Shown here: positions 60,219 to 64,000 of the stretch, in pieces
How the letters are laid out: the number at the start of each line of letters is the position of its first letter
Numbering within the stretch: the first letter of the stretch is position 1
Assembly (NCBI GenBank): GCA_963754875.1
Contig: CAVWHO010000016.1
Coordinates: 32,001 to 96,000 of the forward strand
Source: Nitrospirota bacterium
Lineage (GTDB): Bacteria; Nitrospirota; UBA9217
Length of the DNA: 64,000 nt
Direction: 5' to 3'
Position numbers and translations under genes: made by a program
Notes under the pieces: model-generated
What the model was told of the DNA's origin: nothing
What the model saw: only the letters and a program-made list of their open reading frames with translations
The model's database searches: none

Positions 60219-63200
60219 ATGAACCATTATCGATTCGATGTCGCTATTATCGGGGCCGGACCTGCCGGAGTAGCTGCTGCAGGATCGCTCGCCGGCTCCG
60301 GTATAACCGTGGCTCTGGTTGAAGCTGGTGTGTACGCCGGGGCCGAAAACTGGTCCGGCTGCGTTTACTTCACGGAAAACCTCGCTGAAAAGGATTGTTT
60401 CGGCGCCGAAGCAATAGAGGCGGCCCCTTTTGAACGGCGTATTGCGCGCCGGGGCACTCTTATGCACAACGGGATCGACGTCATCGGCATCGAACTTACG
60501 AGTCTGGAGGCATTCAAGAACTGCTATACCGTTCTCCGCCCTGTCTTCGATCCCTATTTTGCTCATCTTGCCCGGGAGAAGGGCGCGGTCCACATCACCG
60601 GCACGACGGTGACCTCACTCATCAGGAAAGAAGGAAGGGTCGTCGGCGTCATGACGGATCGCGGTCCGCTTTATGCCGGCGTCGTTTTCCTGGCAGAGGG
60701 CGATGCTTCTCACCTTGTCCGGTCGGAGCAACTCGAGAACACCGCGCAGCCGCACTTTCTTCAGGGAGTGAAAGCCGTACTTTCGCTCGCGTCGGAGGAG
60801 ATCGAAAAACGGTTCAAACTCGATCCGGGCAAAGGCGCGGCCTACGAACTGCTCCTTCGGAACCCTTCCCTCTCCGGCAGGACCGCAAAACTGAACGTCG
60901 GCGGTTTCCTGTACACAAACCGGGACAGCCTTTCGATGGGCTACGTTGTCCCCCTCGACAATCTGCGGGACTATTACCGTGGCAGCCACGACATGCTCTT
61001 TGAATGGATGCGAGGCCTTCCGTATCTCCGGGAACTGACCGAGGGCGCGGCGCTATCGGCTTACGGCACGAAGATCATCAGAAGCGGTGGATGGCGCGAA
61101 CGGCCCGTGCTCGTTCAAAACGGCCTTGCAGTCGGTGGAGCATCAACGGGCCTCGGCGTGGACATTCCCTTCCCGAACTTCACCGGCCCTGCATCCGCAA
61201 CAGGACTCTATTTCGCGCGGGCAGTCAAAAATATTTTCAAACGAGGGGGCGCCTTTGATGCCAAAACACTGAGCCGGGAATATCTTGAGCCGCTCCTCGA
61301 AAGCGTACATGGGGAAAACTCCCGCTATCTTTCCGCGTGGCCGGGCTATTTCGGGAAATCGAACGTCCTCTTCAGCAGGACCGTGGACATGGCCTGCGGC
61401 AGCGTTCACTTCTTGTCAAAGAAAGATATTGTCGAAACAGGGCGGTTTCTCAGAAACCATGTCCTTTCCGTTCGGGGGATCAAGGAATCAATCGTTGACA
61501 CGATGCATGCAATCAGCGCGCTCAGGCTCTGGAGGCCCCTGGCAAAAACAGTGATCAATCCCCTGACGATCGGTCGCTGGTTCGCCAATCTTTTTAAAAG
61601 AGCGCCCGCCCCGGACCGGAAACTCGGCTTCATCATACAGATTGCCGGAAAAGAAAGGAACGCTGCGTCGCTGCCCTGGCCTACGGGCTCGCTTGTCAGA
61701 CGGCTCTCTCCTGCACTTGTCCTTGCGCTCGAACAGATCTATGCAAATGACAACCGGCCTGCAGAGAAAAAGTTTTCTCACGCTGTCCGGAGTCTTCTGC
61801 AGGGACTCAAGCTGACTGATTTCATAATCCTTCCCGCCTTTGGCTTCGTTCTCGTTTTCTTTGCGCTCGGAACTGCGCTCTGGGATGCCTTTCGTTTCTA
61901 TTTGCTCAAGACGCCTGTGGACAAGCTCCTTGCGGAACCGGTCATGGCGTACAATGAATCCCTAAGGAAAGCGCGTGATCTCGACGCAGTGAAACCCCGG
62001 CAGAGCCTGGAGGCGAAACTGGCGACGAACACCTACCATGTCGGGGACGCGTCGCACATCAGGACGCTCTGGCCCGAGGCTATCCCCGCCCATCCGGACA
62101 TGTCTCAGGCAGCGCTCTGGTGGCTATGCCCTGCGCGGGTCTACGTGTACGACGCTCCACTCGCAGGCCGCGGCAAGGTCACGGTAAACTTCGAGAACTG
62201 TATCAAGTGCGAATCCTGCTGGAGGGCGGAACCTCAACGCGTGCTCTGGGGGCGCCACACAGATCACAAGCTTATTTACCGGCCCGACAGCGCAGCGATA
62301 CCGGTTCTCCTGCATGCTCTTCGGGAAAATCTCCCTTCAAGAAAAGGGACGCATCCGGCGATTGCCCCCCTGGACGAAAAGCTCTGGTACCTGAACGAAG
62401 ACGTGCTGCAGCTTGGACAGGAGGCGTTCAATGCATCATCGGCTTTCATTGATGCCGTTGCAAAGCTGCCCGCTTCGTCCGACCGAGGCAGAAATGCCTG
62501 GCCGCTTTCGCTCGGGAAAAGACTGTCCGAAAAACTCTTGAAGCTCGAAGCCGCTTTCACGAACGACGGCAGATACGCGCAGGCTGAAATTATTCAGGTC
62601 GAAAGGAAAGACATCGAGCTCAAGCTTACGGAAGGAAGACTTCTCCATGCGCTCTATTGCTGCCGCAGGTTTGAGCAGGGCATTCTGTCGTGGGTGCGTG
62701 AGGATGATGGTTATACGATTCCCGCATCAACAGTGAAAAAATATGACCGCACCCTCTCTTACGAAGAAGTCTCCCGCATCTTCCCTGACCGGATCGTAAA
62801 ACAGTGGGAGGAAGAATTCATGCCCGATGCATGGGCAGAAACACTGCGGCAATTCATCCTCGAGCAGCGCGATAAACCGCTTGAGGCAATACGGGCGCTC
62901 TCCTCAGTGAACCCGGCCCTCGGACTGATTGCAGCGCACCAGCTTCTTGCCAATGAACTGCTCACGAAATCGAGTATCGAGCCTGGCCCGGGCATCTGCG
63001 CCGCAGCCGCCGACCATCTCGATATCGAAGAGGAGGGCAGCGGCAGCGTCCGCATAAAAGGCCCCCTGTCACTCGTCCCTATTGCGGCGAGCCGCACCCT
63101 GCTGCTCACGTCCGGTGGGAAAGGATACATTATCCCCCTTGCCGACGCGGGTGTTACGATCTCACACACGCCGACGATCGGGTTCAGGGCTGCGGGATTT

Positions 63201-64000
63201 GCCGATGTTTCGCTTGACGTGACCGTAACAACGTACGCTGTGCTATCGGCCGAAAGAACAGACATCCCTGAAGCTGCTTCCTACCTCGCCATCGCACTTG
63301 GAGCCGGCGACTACCTCTGCAAGAGGATAAAAGAACACGCTGCAGGAAGAGTTCAATTCCCGGGCCAGATGCTCGACACCGAGGGCAGGGATGGTATTGC
63401 GAAGCTCGGCGCAGTCAAGGCCATGATCGCCAGAACTGAAGCGTGGCGGCTCCTGCTTGAGAACCTTTACGACGTTTATGCCAAACCGGAAAGCCGAAAT
63501 CCGCAAACCGAAATGAATTTCTCCCTCATCTGCACTTCGCTCGCTGCCATGTCTTTCAGCCCGGAGCCGGGCGCCATGGGATACGATGCGGGCCAGGTCT
63601 TCGGCGGATTCGCGTACTCCGAAGACGACCTGCTCTCGCGGTTCTACCGGGACAGCGCTCTCTTCCGGTTCCTGGCGCCGGGATACGGCGCATCGACTAA
63701 GCTGCATGCCGCTCTCGTCTCCCTCAGTGATGACATCGTGTTTTCCGGCTTTGGCGACCTCGGAAAAATTCAAAATGCACCGCTCAGGGACTTCGTGCAC
63801 GGCCTTTCGGACGTTGAGAACAAATGCCGTACCCTGCCCGAAAAAGCAGATCCGGGTCTCACGGGTGAAGCGCAAGCCGTCATCATCGGCATTCGCAGGC
63901 TTCTCATCAGCATTGAAAACGGACTGAACCAGGGCAGGAGCACGGAACGAGAAGCTGCTGCCGCAGAAGTGCTCCTTGGTCTGGCGGAAGACGCGCTTCA
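60219..64000 (+). CDS. Giant multidomain flavoprotein: FixC/ETF-QO + hydrophobic helix + FixX-like [4Fe-4S] + acyl-CoA dehydrogenase-like module (3' end beyond window)
   Basis: Hand translation is open for 1260 codons from ATG 60219 (AAGGAG RBS): FDVAIIGAGPAG, GAENWSG, APFERRI, YTVLR..FD, AEG, GGFLYTNRDSLSMG; LCPARVY...NFENCIKCESC; RVQFPG...IAKLGAVKAMIA...AGQVFGGFAYSED..LSRFYRD. Absent from the ORF track, presumably because no stop lies in the window. Confidence 0.88.
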   Translation, partial: MNHYRFDVAIIGAGPAGVAAAGSLAGSGITVALVEAGVYAGAENWSGCVYFTENLAEKDCFGAEAIEAAPFERRIARRGTLMHNGIDVIGIELTSLEAFKNCYTVLRPVFDPYFAHLAREKGAVHITGTTVTSLIRKEGRVVGVMTDRGPLYAGVVFLAEGDASHLVRSEQLENTAQPHFLQGVKAVLSLASEEIEKRFKLDPGKGAAYELLLRNPSLSGRTAKLNVGGFLYTNRDSLSMGYVVPLDNLRDYYRGSHDMLFEWMRGLPYLRELTEGAALSAYGTKIIRSGGWRERPVLVQNGLAVGGASTGLGVDIPFPNFTGPASATGLYFARAVKNIFKRGGAFDAKTLSREYLEPLLESVHGENSRYLSAWPGYFGKSNVLFSRTVDMACGSVHFLSKKDIVETGRFLRNHVLSVRGIKESIVDTMHAISALRLWRPLAKTVINPLTIGRWFANLFKRAPAPDRKLGFIIQIAGKERNAASLPWPTGSLVRRLSPALVLALEQIYANDNRPAEKKFSHAVRSLLQGLKLTDFIILPAFGFVLVFFALGTALWDAFRFYLLKTPVDKLLAEPVMAYNESLRKARDLDAVKPRQSLEAKLATNTYHVGDASHIRTLWPEAIPAHPDMSQAALWWLCPARVYVYDAPLAGRGKVTVNFENCIKCESCWRAEPQRVLWGRHTDHKLIYRPDSAAIPVLLHALRENLPSRKGTHPAIAPLDEKLWYLNEDVLQLGQEAFNASSAFIDAVAKLPASSDRGRNAWPLSLGKRLSEKLLKLEAAFTNDGRYAQAEIIQVERKDIELKLTEGRLLHALYCCRRFEQGILSWVREDDGYTIPASTVKKYDRTLSYEEVSRIFPDRIVKQWEEEFMPDAWAETLRQFILEQRDKPLEAIRALSSVNPALGLIAAHQLLANELLTKSSIEPGPGICAAAADHLDIEEEGSGSVRIKGPLSLVPIAASRTLLLTSGGKGYIIPLADAGVTISHTPTIGFRAAGFADVSLDVTVTTYAVLSAERTDIPEAASYLAIALGAGDYLCKRIKEHAAGRVQFPGQMLDTEGRDGIAKLGAVKAMIARTEAWRLLLENLYDVYAKPESRNPQTEMNFSLICTSLAAMSFSPEPGAMGYDAGQVFGGFAYSEDDLLSRFYRDSALFRFLAPGYGASTKLHAALVSLSDDIVFSGFGDLGKIQNAPLRDFVHGLSDVENKCRTLPEKADPGLTGEAQAVIIGIRRLLISIENGLNQGRSTEREAAAAEVLLGLAEDAL

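Noticed and set aside
60171..63875. ORF-track calls in the last 4 kb
   Set aside because: All are shadows or alternate frames of the single open plus-strand frame starting at 60219.

Overview
GC-rich bacterial chromosomal segment, almost all on the minus strand. Gene content resembles an anaerobic Nitrospirota- or Desulfobacterota-like organism (inference from gene content only). In order it carries: a selenocysteine (UGA plus SECIS) formate dehydrogenase operon with an NrfD-type anchor; DUF1646; several PAS histidine kinases; a norCB NO reductase with di-haem NorC; mgtC-mgtA; dcd; a tandem-cNMP-rhodanese protein; a three-gene glutamate synthase; a Crp/Fnr plus DUF2892 module; yyaL; a kinase/response-regulator/diguanylate-cyclase cluster behind a consensus sigma28 promoter; tolQRAB; two moeA genes; trxB; and dnaJ-hspR-clpB. 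I saw no rRNA, tRNA, CRISPR array or transposase. The main items absent from, or not evident in, the ORF track are: (1) a >1260-codon plus-strand ORF running off the right end that fuses a FixC/ETF-QO flavoprotein, a hydrophobic helix, a FixX-like Fe-S domain and an apparently non-catalytic acyl-CoA dehydrogenase module; (2) a decayed ferredoxin inside the norC leader, behind a palindrome at about -41.5; (3) a 46-aa Arg-rich [DEN]RR-repeat microprotein next to a protein with the same tail motif; (4) many intergenic hairpin elements built from 7-9-nt tandem units, with shared architecture but mostly unrelated sequence. At least 8 single-base frameshifts, mostly +1 in homopolymer runs, suggest uncorrected sequencing errors, so the split genes are probably intact in vivo.
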